A DNA stretch of 64,000 bases from Paraspadella gotoi (lineage: Eukaryota; Animalia; Chaetognatha): assembly GCA_051294375.1 (NCBI GenBank), contig CM119267.1:26179293-26243292 (forward strand), written 5' to 3'. The notes beneath the pieces were generated by a model. It was not told where the DNA came from. It searched no databases and was given only the letters and a program-made list of their open reading frames with translations. Below are positions 25,081 to 36,700 of the stretch, piece after piece. The position numbers and the translations under genes are program-made. Positions within the stretch are counted from its first letter, which is position 1; each line of letters begins with the position of its first letter.

Positions 25081-26230
25081 GGCGCGCAACAGATTAATGT
25101 GAAGAAGAAAGAAGAGGCGTGCGCTCACTCGAATGCAGTCTACTAGCTACGGCACTAAAGTCAATAGAGAGAAATTCTCTCTCTGCTATTTATGAAAGTT
25201 AAGCAACTGAGAGAAGTTGCTTGCTGCTTACTGATCGAGAAAAAAAAGTCATCGTCTATAGTGCCAAAGAATGAAAACTTGTTGTTCTATTTTTTTCATT
25301 CATTACCTTTGTCAAGCTTGTTCTCCAGAACTGAGTTGAATTATAATTTGTGTTAGATATATTGCCTAATCAAAGGTTGTAAAAGACTTGGAAAAATATA
25401 TTAAGCTTGCTTGATTAATTTAAGAATAGATCCGACTTGTTGATAAATTCATCAACTATAAAAGATATGAAATGAATAAAAATCAAAGATGAATTAAAAA
25501 TTATATTTATTTCAAAACTAAATCGGCTATTTACAATAGACTTAATTATTAACTATAAATCATGAATAGATAACAAAAAAAAAGAGTAACTAGTTTTCTT
25601 TCTTTGGCACTATACCTTTTTTTTCTCGACCTGCAAGCAGCAAGCAACTCTTTTCTCAGTTGCTTAACTTTCATTAATTTTACTCTTTTTGTCTCATTTT
25701 ATCAATTTTTAATTATTTATTCGCTTTTGTCAATTTTTTTTATATTTTATATTTAAAGAAAAAATTTTAAAAAATACTTTATTTAAAAGTCATAATTCCT
25801 TTATAAAATGATAAAAATTTAAAAAAACTTTAATGACCTGGTGAGACAAAATATTAAAGTTACCCATTGTCAAATCAGAATTTACTATTTTTTTATTTAC
25901 TCTGAGAAAAGTGCATTCCCTTTTTCCCTTTAGCCTAGTTCAAACCTATTAAATAAAAATAATTATTAAGAAAAGTGAATTTTTTTTAATTTAAAAAAAA
26001 TATAACTTTTTAACCGATAATCCTTTTTTAAAAATTCTTTCAGCAAAACAAAGGCAATTATCTCTTTATTCAATTTGCTGTAATTTTTTAAAAAAATATT
26101 GCACGAACATTGTTAAAAATATAATTTTTAAAAAATTGTATCAAAATTGCCTAAACAATAGTTTTAAAAAATTTTTTTTCTTAGTAAAAAACTAACTTAA
26201 TTTATAATGCGAGATGTAACATAGAGAGAG

Positions 26231-27080
26231 TGTAAGAGTGATGGAGGCCTTAACACCATCTAATACTTAAGGGAGTGGTCTTCATACAATTGAAACATTC
26301 TTTGAATATTATACACTTCATTGATAGGGAAGCCAGGTATCTGCGGAGTGAATAACGAGACTGTGAGAGAGTCTTGATTGAAACCTTGCAGACCTGCTAT
26401 GTCATTATCTTGTAAGAGTGATGGAGGCCTTAACCACCAAAGCCTGTCCAAAGTCAGGAAGAATAGTCTTATTTATTAAATGATGGATAATTTTTATATT
26501 GGTTGTACCAAATTTCATAAAATTCAGCTCCTTGTATTTTGATGCTAGTGCGGAGACAAATAAGTATCCCCGATCTAATACTTAAGGGAGTGGTCTTTTC
26601 ATACAATTGAAACATTCTTTGAAATATATACCATCTATTGATAGGAAGCCAGGTACTCTGGAGTGATAAAACGAGACTGTGGAGAGTCTTGATTGAAACC
26701 TTGCAGGGACTGCTATGTCATTATCTTGTAAGAGTGATGGAGGCCTTAAACCACCAAAGCCTGTCCAAAGTCAGGGGCAAGATAGCTTATTTTATTAAAT
26801 GAATGGATAATTTTTATATTGTTGTACCAATTTCATAAAATTCAGCTCCTTGTATTTTGATGCTAGTGCGGAGTAAAAAAAGTATTCCCCGATCTAATAC
26901 TTAAGGGAGTGGTCTTTTCATACAATTGAAACATTTCTTTGAAATATTATACCACTTCATTGATAGGGAAGCCAGGTACTCTGGGAGTGAATAAACGAGA
27001 CTGTGAGAGAGTCTTGATTGAAACCTTGCAGGGACCTGCTATGTCATTATCTTGTAAGAGTGATGGAGGCCTTAAACACA
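26231..27080. repeat. ~325-bp tandem repeat (about 2.5 units; about 2 units at 19913-20530)
   Basis: tgtaagagtgatggaggcctt recurs near 26231, 26411, 26727, 27054. Confidence 0.75.
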
Positions 27081-28103
27081 AAGCCTTCCAATAGCTTAAT
27101 GAAGGGTGCACAGACTAGAAATTCTAAAGTTAATTATAACAACATACCATCATGAACATTAATTTGTAAAGAAATTATATTATGTTTTTTAATTTTCGCA
27201 GTAGACTATATTTCTATATAGTACTTCCTTATAGAAATCGAAAATTCAAATAGAGCTTTTCTTAATTTTTGATTGCAGATTTGAATTCCTCGTCAAAAGT
27301 TGAAAAAGAAAAATACATTCATTTTTAAAATTCTTATTAAGTAGGTTAAAAATTAAAAAAACTATATTTAATATATAAAAAGTTAAATTTCAGTTTAAAA
27401 TTAGTTTTTCTAATTTTGACCACTTAATGAAGAATTTTTCAAAAAGATTATATTTCTTTTATAACTTTTTATGACGAATCAAATCTGCAAAAAATTTACA
27501 AAAAACTGTTTGAATTTAACATTATGTTTATAATAGCATAATATGGCTCTGCGTAAATTTAAAATTATATAAATTTTTTTATACATAATGTTAATAAGTT
27601 ATAATGATTGTTCTTCCTCACTTTTAGAATTTTAATTAAGTTAAACTTAGGAATTTACTAGCTTAGCAAAGTCAGGGCCAGAATACTTATTATTAAATGA
27701 AATGGATAATTTTTATATTGGTATACGATTTCAAGTTCAATTTTTCGTCTACAAGATAGTTTGGGTTTCGTCCCTCTAGCAATAAAGCTTTTAAAGAGTC
27801 GTTTAAAAAGTCCATTTTTCACCATTTTTCACCATTTTTTTCAAAGTTGGCAGCATTTACTGTAATGTTCAAAAAATGTTCAAAAAATTCATATGATGTA
27901 TGGGCACCTTTTTGATTTCAAAACTTTTCATATATGGAAAGGTCTACTGTACATATCTTGACTGTCCTTTTCATTAGCTCCACGAATTGTCTCTCCGCTC
28001 TTTATACCAGAAGTTTATCCTCGTCAAATAAAAATGTTTTGGCCTTTTTCCTCGCGTTGAAACAGAAATTTCCTTTACTTTTTTCCTTCGTCTTCGTCGC
28101 GCG

Positions 28104-29366
28104 ATGGAAACTCTGAGCGAAAAGAGAGAAGAGATGGACAAATTCATCGACGGAACGAAGACGACGACGACGACGACCAACAAAAAAAAGAAAAAGAAAA
28201 AATCCTGCGCCGCCTCCCCTAAGAATCCAAGACCCGTTGACGAACCCGATTCGGCGCCTTATTTAAATCTAAGCGACATCCGTGATTCCGTCCTGATGAA
28301 CGTCGAACGAGACTCGATGTGCGATGAAGATGACAAAGATCCTACAACGATGATGACGACGACGAACGGAGTTAATGAGACCGTGGGTCAACATCTCGAC
28401 GACGTCGCTATTGACAAAAAACTCGAATTCTCGTCGCTGCCCAACGACTTCAACGATGGACAAAATCATCGATTGAGCTCCTCTGATCAACTGGAAAGAA
28501 GCACTTCGGAAGGAGGGGAACAACAACAACAACAGATATCCGTGGTCCGATTAGCGGAAAACGGGGAGATGACGGAATCTGGCGACGGACAAATTGGCGA
28601 GACTCTTCCCTGGCTGAATTCCACTACGGAATCCTCTCCGACGACGACTCTGATTACGACTATCGTTTCCGACGGAATTTCCTATGTCCGTTATGAAAAC
28701 GAATCCCAAATGCCCGACATCATGAGGCTGATCACCAAGGATCTCAGCGAGCCCTACTCCATCTACACTTATCGATATTTCATCCATAACTGGCCCAATC
28801 TCTGTTTTTTGGCCACGGAGGACGGCAAGTGCGTCGGCGCCATAGTTTGCAAGGTGCGTTTGTCTTTTAGGGATTTGTGGTTCTTTGAGAGAGAGTCGAT
28901 AGCTCTCACCATACACAATGCGTACTACGCATCCTTCCTTTTTCAACAGTTGGACGTCCACAAGAAAATGGCGAACCGTGGCTACATCGCGATGCTGGCC
29001 GTCGACGTCAATTATCGCCGCCGCAAAATCGGATCTACTTTAGTAAATTTCTCAATTTGTTCAAATCGTTAACTTAAGGTCTTCAATATTTTTCGTATTG
29101 AAGATCTAGGTTTATCGGATTATCATTATCATTGTTTTTCAATGTTAGAATTTGTGGAAAATATCTCTTTCAAGGTTCGCAAAGCCATTCGTGCCATGAT
29201 CTTGGACGAGAACTCTTGCGACGAGGTCGTGCTGGAGACAGAGATCACTAACACGTCCGCCCTTCGCCTCTACGAGAATCTCGGCTTCGTCAGGGACAAG
29301 CGTCTCTTCCGCTATTATCTTAACGGAGTCGACGCGCTCAGACTCAAGCTCTGGCTCCGGTCTTGA
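28104..29366 (+). CDS. NAA30: N-alpha-acetyltransferase 30 (NatC catalytic subunit, Mak3)
   Basis: join(28104..28853,28950..29042,29175..29366). Motifs [90 protein letters not shown]. Confidence 0.96.
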
Positions 29367-29524
29367 CGATGGTCGAAAAGGAAGAGAACGAAGAAAAGAC
29401 CAAAACTCGCTCATTAAACTTGTTGCAAAAACAACTTCTGATCCTCTTATCCGTCGACGCGTTCCATTCTTAGTTTATTATCTCAATTTTTTTCTCATTT
29501 GTATCCAGCTCCCTTTACCTTTTC

Positions 29525-29720
29525 TTTCTTATTCCTCTCTTATTCATCTCTTATTCCTCTTTTATTCATCTCTTATTCCTCTTTTATTCATCTCTTATTC
29601 CTCTTTTATTCATCTCTTATTGATCTATTATTCCTCTTTTATTCATCTCTTATTCCTCTCTTATTCATCTCTTATTCCTCTCTTATATCTCGCTTCCTCC
29701 CTTATTCCTCTCTTATTTTT
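29525..29720. repeat. 11-bp minisatellite tcttattc(c/a)tc downstream of NAA30
   Basis: Direct reading; duplicate at ~22330-22500. Confidence 0.75.
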
Positions 29721-30123
29721 TCCGAAGGACTTTTTTTTTCTGATTGTAGTTTACTAGTGAGAAAAATTAGTCATAATACAGCGTTTTTATTTTAAAGACT
29801 TATGAGTTTTCTAGTCTCAAAGTATTATTTTTAAGGTGCAAAGTTATTAATAGCCTATATTTTTTGAAAGAGTAATTTTTTTTTTCTTGCCGTGTTCATC
29901 GATTGAATTCCGTCAGAGAGTTGGTTTGTTTTAAAACCTATTAGTACTGAATAGGAATTAGAAAAATTAAAAGCGAATGTGACGATGTTTACTCTGGTAT
30001 TCATAGGGATATCCAATCCATCTGTAAATTTCGATTCAAAGTCGGTCGGGTTTTGCAGGACGACGCAAGCAAATCGGCAATATGTGAAAGAGACTGGAGT
30101 GAAAGAGGAAGTCGAGATTTAAA

Positions 30124-33100
30124 ATGACTTCTTCTATTCTCAACTTCAACATCGGAGTTTTGGGTCACGTGGACTCGGGAAAGACCTCCCTCTCGAAATG
30201 TTTGTCGACGGTGGCATCGACGGCTTGCTTTGACAAAAATCCTCAAAGCCGAGAGCGCGGAATCACGCTCGATCTTGGATTCTCCTCCTTTCAACTCCCC
30301 TTTCCCGAATCGCTTAAGGTAAAAACCCGCAAATGGAAAAACACTGGACTCAGGATTTTTTTTACCCGCTTTTCGTATTTTCTCGGTCCCAGGCGCAGGC
30401 GGCCTCGGAGACTTACTCGACTCTGCAGTTGACGCTCGTGGATTGTCCCGGCCACGCCTCCCTCATGAAGACAATCATAGGCGGCGCCGCTATCGTCGAT
30501 CTCGTTCTCCTCGTCGTCGACATCTCGAAGGGTGAGGACTGAGGATTTCCTTCTTAAAAAAAAGGAAGAGAAATGATTTTCGTTTGACTCATGACTTCCT
30601 TTCTGTTTCTCTTTAACTCCAATCTCATTGACAGACAGATTGAAGGGAAAAAATTTGTATTGGAACTCAGTTTCTGATTAAAGTCTCATTGTAGTAAAGG
30701 CCAGTAAATTTGAATCTAAATTCTAGATTTGAAAGTGGCAAGAATAAAACTTTTTAAAAGGTCCAGCTTACCAAATGATTCGAATATTTCTTTTTACCTT
30801 TTTTAAAACTTTTTTTAGGGATTCAAACCCAAACCGCTGAATGTCTCGTTCTCGCAGAAATTCTTTGCTCTAAGATGATCGTCATCCTCAACAAAATCGA
30901 CTTGATTCCAAAAGAGAAAAGAGACGCTGCCGTCACAAAGGCACGAGGCTGCCGGCTGCCCGTTAAAAATGATCATCTCTTTGTTTTTTTATTTTTCCTC
31001 GTTTTCCAGATGACGAAACGAATTTCAAAAACCTTGGAATCTACCCGCTTCAGCGGATGTCCCGTTGTGGCGGTGGCCGCCAATCCAGGAGGCGAGGAAT
31101 CCCAACCGGATGACGTTGGTAAAACGGGTGTAACCAATACGAACGTTACCCTTGGATTCGAGTAAGACAAAAATCTTCTTTCCCTTTTCTCCTTTTCCCA
31201 ACGCTCGAATGAATCTCCTCGGGTTTTAATTTCGTAGCGAACTGATATCCACTTTGTCGTCGATGGCTTTCGTCCCCGAGAGATCGTCGCAAGGCACCTT
31301 CGTCTTTGCAGTTGATCACTGTTTCGCCCTCAAAGGGAAAGGAGTCATTCTCACCGGAACTTGTCTTCAAGGATCATTGGCTGTCGGAGAGAGTCTGGAG
31401 ATTCCCGCTTTGAAGGAAGTGAGAAAAGTCAAGTCTCTTCAGATGTTCAAAACGCCAGTGGAAAAGATCGCCCAGGGTAACGTTGCTTTTGTTGGAGCCG
31501 AAATCTTAACCATTGACTTTTGTCCTTGTTTTTTTCTTCTATATTTTCTCTTCCCTTGACTCCCTGCTAGGCGATCGGGCTGGGATTTGCGTTACTCAGT
31601 TTGATACGAAGAAACTCGAACGCGGTGTCGCCTGCTCGCCTGGATCAATGCCGCTCACGTTCGGCGCCATTGTTGTGGGCGTTGTTCGCGTCTCTCACTT
31701 TCGGTTGGCGCTGAAAACGGGCGCGAAGCTCCACGTCTCCATCGGTCACGAGACGCAAATTGCTAAACTAAGTTTTTTCGGCGACCGAAGAGACGACGAC
31801 GACGCCGCCGTCGCCGCAAAGGAAGCGAGTGATTTTGATTGGAACAAGGAATACGTCTTCCTTGACGAACTCGAATTGCAGGCGTCCGCGGCGTCGGCCA
31901 CAGATTCCTCCGCCACGTCACCTCCTTCCTTCTCCGCCAATCGCCCAAATCGATTCTTCGCTTTAGTGGAATTCGAACGACCGATTTGCGTCCTCAACGA
32001 TTCCCTCGTCGTCGGGTCCAAACTTGACGCGGACATCCATCAGAATTTTTGCCGCGTCGCCTTCAAAGGCAGAGCGCGTCACCTCCTTCAGAACAAGGAT
32101 TACATCTTCGAGGATCTCCACAGGCTGAAAGTGTTCAAAGCAAAAGTCAAGGAGGGCGTCGTCGAGAGGATCGTCGATCAGTACAGCGTCATCGCTAAAG
32201 GTTGGCGCGTACTAGGTGGTAGAGTGAAGGAAGGAAAGAAGAGAATAGAGAGAATAGAGAGTGAAATGGACGAATGCGGTATATTATCTAACTGATGGGT
32301 AGGTCCATCATCTCTATCTCTTTGAGTAAAGTCAAAGGAAAAGTCCAAAAAATAGGCAAAAAAAGTATATTCTCTGAGAGGGAGCTCGCGAGCTGAAGTA
32401 GAACCCAAGACAGAACTAAAATCTCTCTCTTTGCTCCTTCTGTCGTCGCTCGATGAGGAGGAAGGGAAAGGGAGGAAAAGAGGCGGAAGCGGAAGAAGAA
32501 AAAGTGTCTCGAGCGAGAATGGGGAAGAGAAATGGGGGAATCCAGTGAAATATACTCATCCCTCTATCTGATTATATACAGAAGGCTTCATATTATAAAA
32601 TGAGGTACCCCTTTTTTGTGACCAGAACTCGTTCCGAGAAAACTACTGGACCAAATTTATTGAAATTTGGAATGAACGATCCCTATGTGAATACAAATTT
32701 CAATATTTGACCGCTGAGCCGAGATATGGGCTCCCCGGGGGGGTCACCCATGGGGGCAAAAAATGGTCAAAAATTTTTTAATTATTTTTGTTTTGAACAG
32801 TTGCACAGACGTTTACTCTTCCACAAAAACGTATTTATTACCTCAAAAATAATAATAATAATAATATTTTGGGAAAATTGGAAGTAAAGCGATGAACCAT
32901 GCATCTTCAACCATGCTTAATTATTGCAAATTTATCAATTTTAGTTCTAAAATGTTTTTTTGTTATGTTTAAAACGTCAATGCACCTGATGCTACTAAAA
33001 AAATTTGAAAAATAAAAAAAAATTTTAGCATTTTTTGGCCCCCCAGGGGTCCACCCCCAGGGCCCTGTATCTCTTGTCAGGGGTTGAATATCAAAATTCG

Positions 33101-33542
33101 CCTCGATAGTTCCATTTATATAGTCATTAGCACTCTAAATGTAAAATTTCATTAAATTTGATCGGGTAGTTTGGTGGGAACAGATTCTGGTCACAAAAAA
33201 GGGGTTCCACATATATATCACTTTTATTTGGCTTTTTGTGTTTCTTTTTCTCTTTCAGGCCTTTTCCGCAAAGAGTCAAAGATCTCCGCCTTCGAGGGTC
33301 TACGGGTCCACCTCTCTCCGGGCGGCGAAGCGGGTATTATCGAGGGCTCCTTCGGTCAAAGCGGGAAGTTCAAAGTACGAGTCCCAAGCGGTCTCGATGA
33401 GGATACCAAGGCTATACTGGGGGAAGGCAAAAAGAAGGGGAAGAAAGAAACGGGAGGAGGACTGGATGTCCACGAACCAGTAAAAGTTATTCTCCAATTC
33501 AAGAAATATGTTTATGGAGATAAGAAAAAAATCGTTCAATAA
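30124..33542 (+). CDS. EEFSEC: Selenocysteine-specific elongation factor (eEFSec/SelB)
   Basis: join(30124..30318,30393..30531,30819..30940,31010..31161,31238..31476,31571..32200,33259..33542). NFNIGVLGHVDSGKTSL, DKNPQSRERGITLDLGFS, DCPGHASL, GIQTQTAECL, NKID, AVDHCF, GSKLDADIH...CRVAF, GSFGQSGKFK. Confidence 0.96.
32579..33210. mobile_element. Tc1/mariner-like MITE family F in the last eEFSec intron
   Basis: TIR cccttttttgtgaccagaa / ttctggtcacaaaaaagggg; a second copy is split across 44130-47977 and ends gaagccttcag-TA. Confidence 0.7.
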
Positions 33543-33738
33543 ATCAACGTTTGTCATCGATTATTTTCTTTAATAAACTGTTAAAAAATTTATTAATTTT
33601 CAGATTTTATACACTTAATAATTTTTGTTACCATAAACCCAAAGTATAAGATTATACATAATTGTTATCGCGTTCAACTCGACTGAAGAAGGATAAGTTT
33701 AAACTTATATAAAATAAACGCGTTGATGTCAAAGGAGA

Positions 33739-36700
33739 ATGGGAAAACCAAAGAAAGGGAGGAAGGGACGAGAGGCAGACTCCGACTCAGAAGATGACGT
33801 CATCATTGGTTCCGGCGCCAAAAACGGAGACGTCGGCGACGACGATAAAACCATCGTCGACACGACGACGACGACAAATGCTGGGAAGAAGGCGAGGAAG
33901 AAGAAGAAGGAGACGGAATGGAACGACGACGTCACGGAGGAACTTGAAAAGCTAAAACTGGAGATGGAGGGAGGAGGAGAGAAAAAGGAGGAGGAAGAGG
34001 AGGTGACAATTGTCCCGACGAAGAAGGAAAAAAAAAAGAAAAAACAATCAAAGGAAGACGAAGGTCAGTTCCATCCTTCAGTTATGGATTAAGAAATTGA
34101 AAAAAAAATTATATTCGCCAGTAGTAGGGACCAACTCCAGAGATAATATAAAATTTCGACTATAAGCAAAATATTTTTAGTTGCCTTGACTAAATATTTA
34201 AGCAATCTTTTTCCAAAAAAATTTACATTATACGTCTTGATTAATACATTAAATATTAATTGTCTTTTTTTACTTTATAAATTTTTTTTTTGAAATCTTT
34301 AAATTTTTTGATGAATTCTGATACATAGAGCATAAAAAGTTAAACGAGAAATATAATTACAGCTTTAAGGAATAACAGATAATTACAGCTTTTAAAAATT
34401 CTTACGTTTTCTATGTGAAAATATAAAAAAATGTTAAAATCATCGAAAGATGATGATGATGATGTTTTTTTACGGTTTTTCTTATTTTTGACTCACTTAT
34501 CATGAAAATATTTAAAAAAGAATTATACTTTGTGTAGACAACTTTTTATGAGCTATCTGAATCTGGTCTTAAACTTTTAAAATTATCCAAAAAATTTTGG
34601 CCTTTCCCATTTATAAATAAATATTAGAAAATTATTTTTTTGGTTATAGAGCCACATAAGAAAGTATACTTCAAAATGTATAAATTTTCGTTTGAGCATG
34701 TCATCATTATTGTAGTTACGGATAAAACATGTCAAAATGAGACATGCAAGACTATGCACAATAATTATTAATTTATAAACAAATAACGAATAATTAAAAA
34801 AAGATTTACGTACCTCCGTGATTTCAAAAATTAATTAGGTGAAATCTTTTCATTTAATGAAAGAGGGAAGGAAATGTTGCAAAAAAGCCTTTCATTTGCC
34901 TTTCGTTTCTCAATCCTTTCTTCTCCCAGAACCCCCGGCCCCCACAACGACGTCCAAGTCTGCCTTCCAAATGCTCGCCGTCGACGACGACGACGATGAT
35001 GTCGTTAAATCCTCTTCCGACGACGAGAATACGACGAAGGCTGTAACGACGACAACAACAATCGCTCCGAGTCTTGACGACCCTTCCATTCCTCCGCCCT
35101 CCAACAGAAACAAAAAAGAAAAGAAGAAGAAAAAAGGAGGAAAGGAGGTAATGGAAGACATCGATTTTTTATTGGAGGCGATAGAGAAGCCAACTGAAAA
35201 AAAAGGAAAGAAAAAAAAGAAAAAAGGAGAAGAGGAGGAAGAAGAAGAAGAAAGGGAAGAAAAGCCTGTCGAGGAAACAAAGGAGACGCATGATGGTCAG
35301 TTTTATTTCGCCAATTTAAATGTTAATGTTAATCACTTTATATTTCATTAATCTTTATAATTATTATATATATAATTCACAGTAATTTTTTTTTAAGAAA
35401 TTTCCCAATTGTTAAAAACAATTGTTTTTTTTTTTTTTTTTTTTTTATTCAGAATCGAACGAGGCTACTGAACCGGAAAAGAAACTCGGCAAAAAAGAAA
35501 AAAGGAGAAAGAAAAAAAAAGAGGAAGAAGATGACGAGAATGAGGAGATAGGAGAAAAGGAAGAAGAGAAAAAAGAGGAAGAAGACGACGATGGCGAAGA
35601 AGGCGAAGAAGGCGGAGTCAAAACAAAAGCCCAAAAGAAAAAAGAAAAGAAAGAGAGAGAAAAACTGGCCAAGCAAAAAGAAAGAGAGAAGTCTGCCAGA
35701 AAAAAGGAAGGAAGCAAAGAAGGAAGCCCATCCGTCGATGCTGGGATCCTTGTCGCTGACGAGTCGGCTCCCGTCGACGCCGCCTCCTCCGCCCCTGCCG
35801 ATCCCGAAGAGAGAGATGAGGAGGAGGAAGAGTCTGGGAAGAAAAAGAAAAAGGAAAAGAAAAAGAAAAAAGGAAAGGAAGAAGAAAAAGAGGAAGAGAA
35901 GAGAAAAAAACCTAAATCGGCGGCTCTCAAAGCCATGCAGGTTTGTCTTTCCTTTCCCTAGTTATTAATTAATAACGATGTAGAAATAGATGAAATTTTT
36001 GAAATTTTTTATTTTTTATTTTTTTCTAACTTTTTTTTACAGGAGGCGTTAAATCGAGTGAAGGAGGAAGAGGAGCGACTAAGACGAGAGCAGGAGGAGA
36101 AGGAGCGGAAGATCGCCGAAGCGGAGGCAGCAAAGAAGGAAAAAGAGCGGAAGGAGCAGGAGCGGAAAGAACGAGAGAAGCAGAAGAAAAAAGATAAGAT
36201 CGCCCGGCAGAAGGCGGAAGGGACTTACTTGACGGACAAGCAAAAAGCCGACAGGGCTCGTGCCCTTGCACAATTAGAGGCCCTAAAGGCCCAAGGTGTA
36301 CATGTTCCGGTTAAGGCCGAAGCGGACAATACAAAGCAGCAACAGCAGCAGCAACAGAGAAAAGCCAAAGTCTATGAGGACAAGCGGAAATTGGCGAAAA
36401 AACTGCAGCAGCAGAAGGCGAACGAGACGCCGTCAGATCACGAATCTTCCTCGTCTCCAGCGCCCCAGCCCCAATCAGAGCCGGTTGCCATGGAAGTTAT
36501 CGCCTGCGATGGTCAGTATTTCACCTCTCTTTTGTCCCTTGTTTTTGTCCTTTACTTGAGTTTTCGCCTCGTCCTTATTTATCCGAAGAAAAGGTTTTAA
36601 CGCGTCTCGACTTTATTTAATTAATTCCTTTGATCCCTGAACTTTTATTTATTTTTTTTTTTTACTCTTCTTCTCTCTATTCTTTTTCTTCTCCCTTAGG

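Larger units (their letters stand above)
18874..32400 (+). repeat. Tandem segmental duplication (copy 1 ~18874-25190, copy 2 ~25192-32400)
   Basis: Both copies begin atgaaagttaagcaactgagagaag and run through repeats, NAA30 and eEFSec. Confidence 0.85.

Noticed and set aside
29364-29720. NAA30 TGA as a selenocysteine codon, given the neighbouring eEFSec
   Set aside because: TGA falls at the normal NAA30 C-terminus and no SECIS-like stem is visible; the downstream DNA is minisatellite.
35445-36273. Minus-strand Ser/Phe-rich ORFs
   Set aside because: Antisense shadows of the Lys/Glu-rich eIF5B exons.
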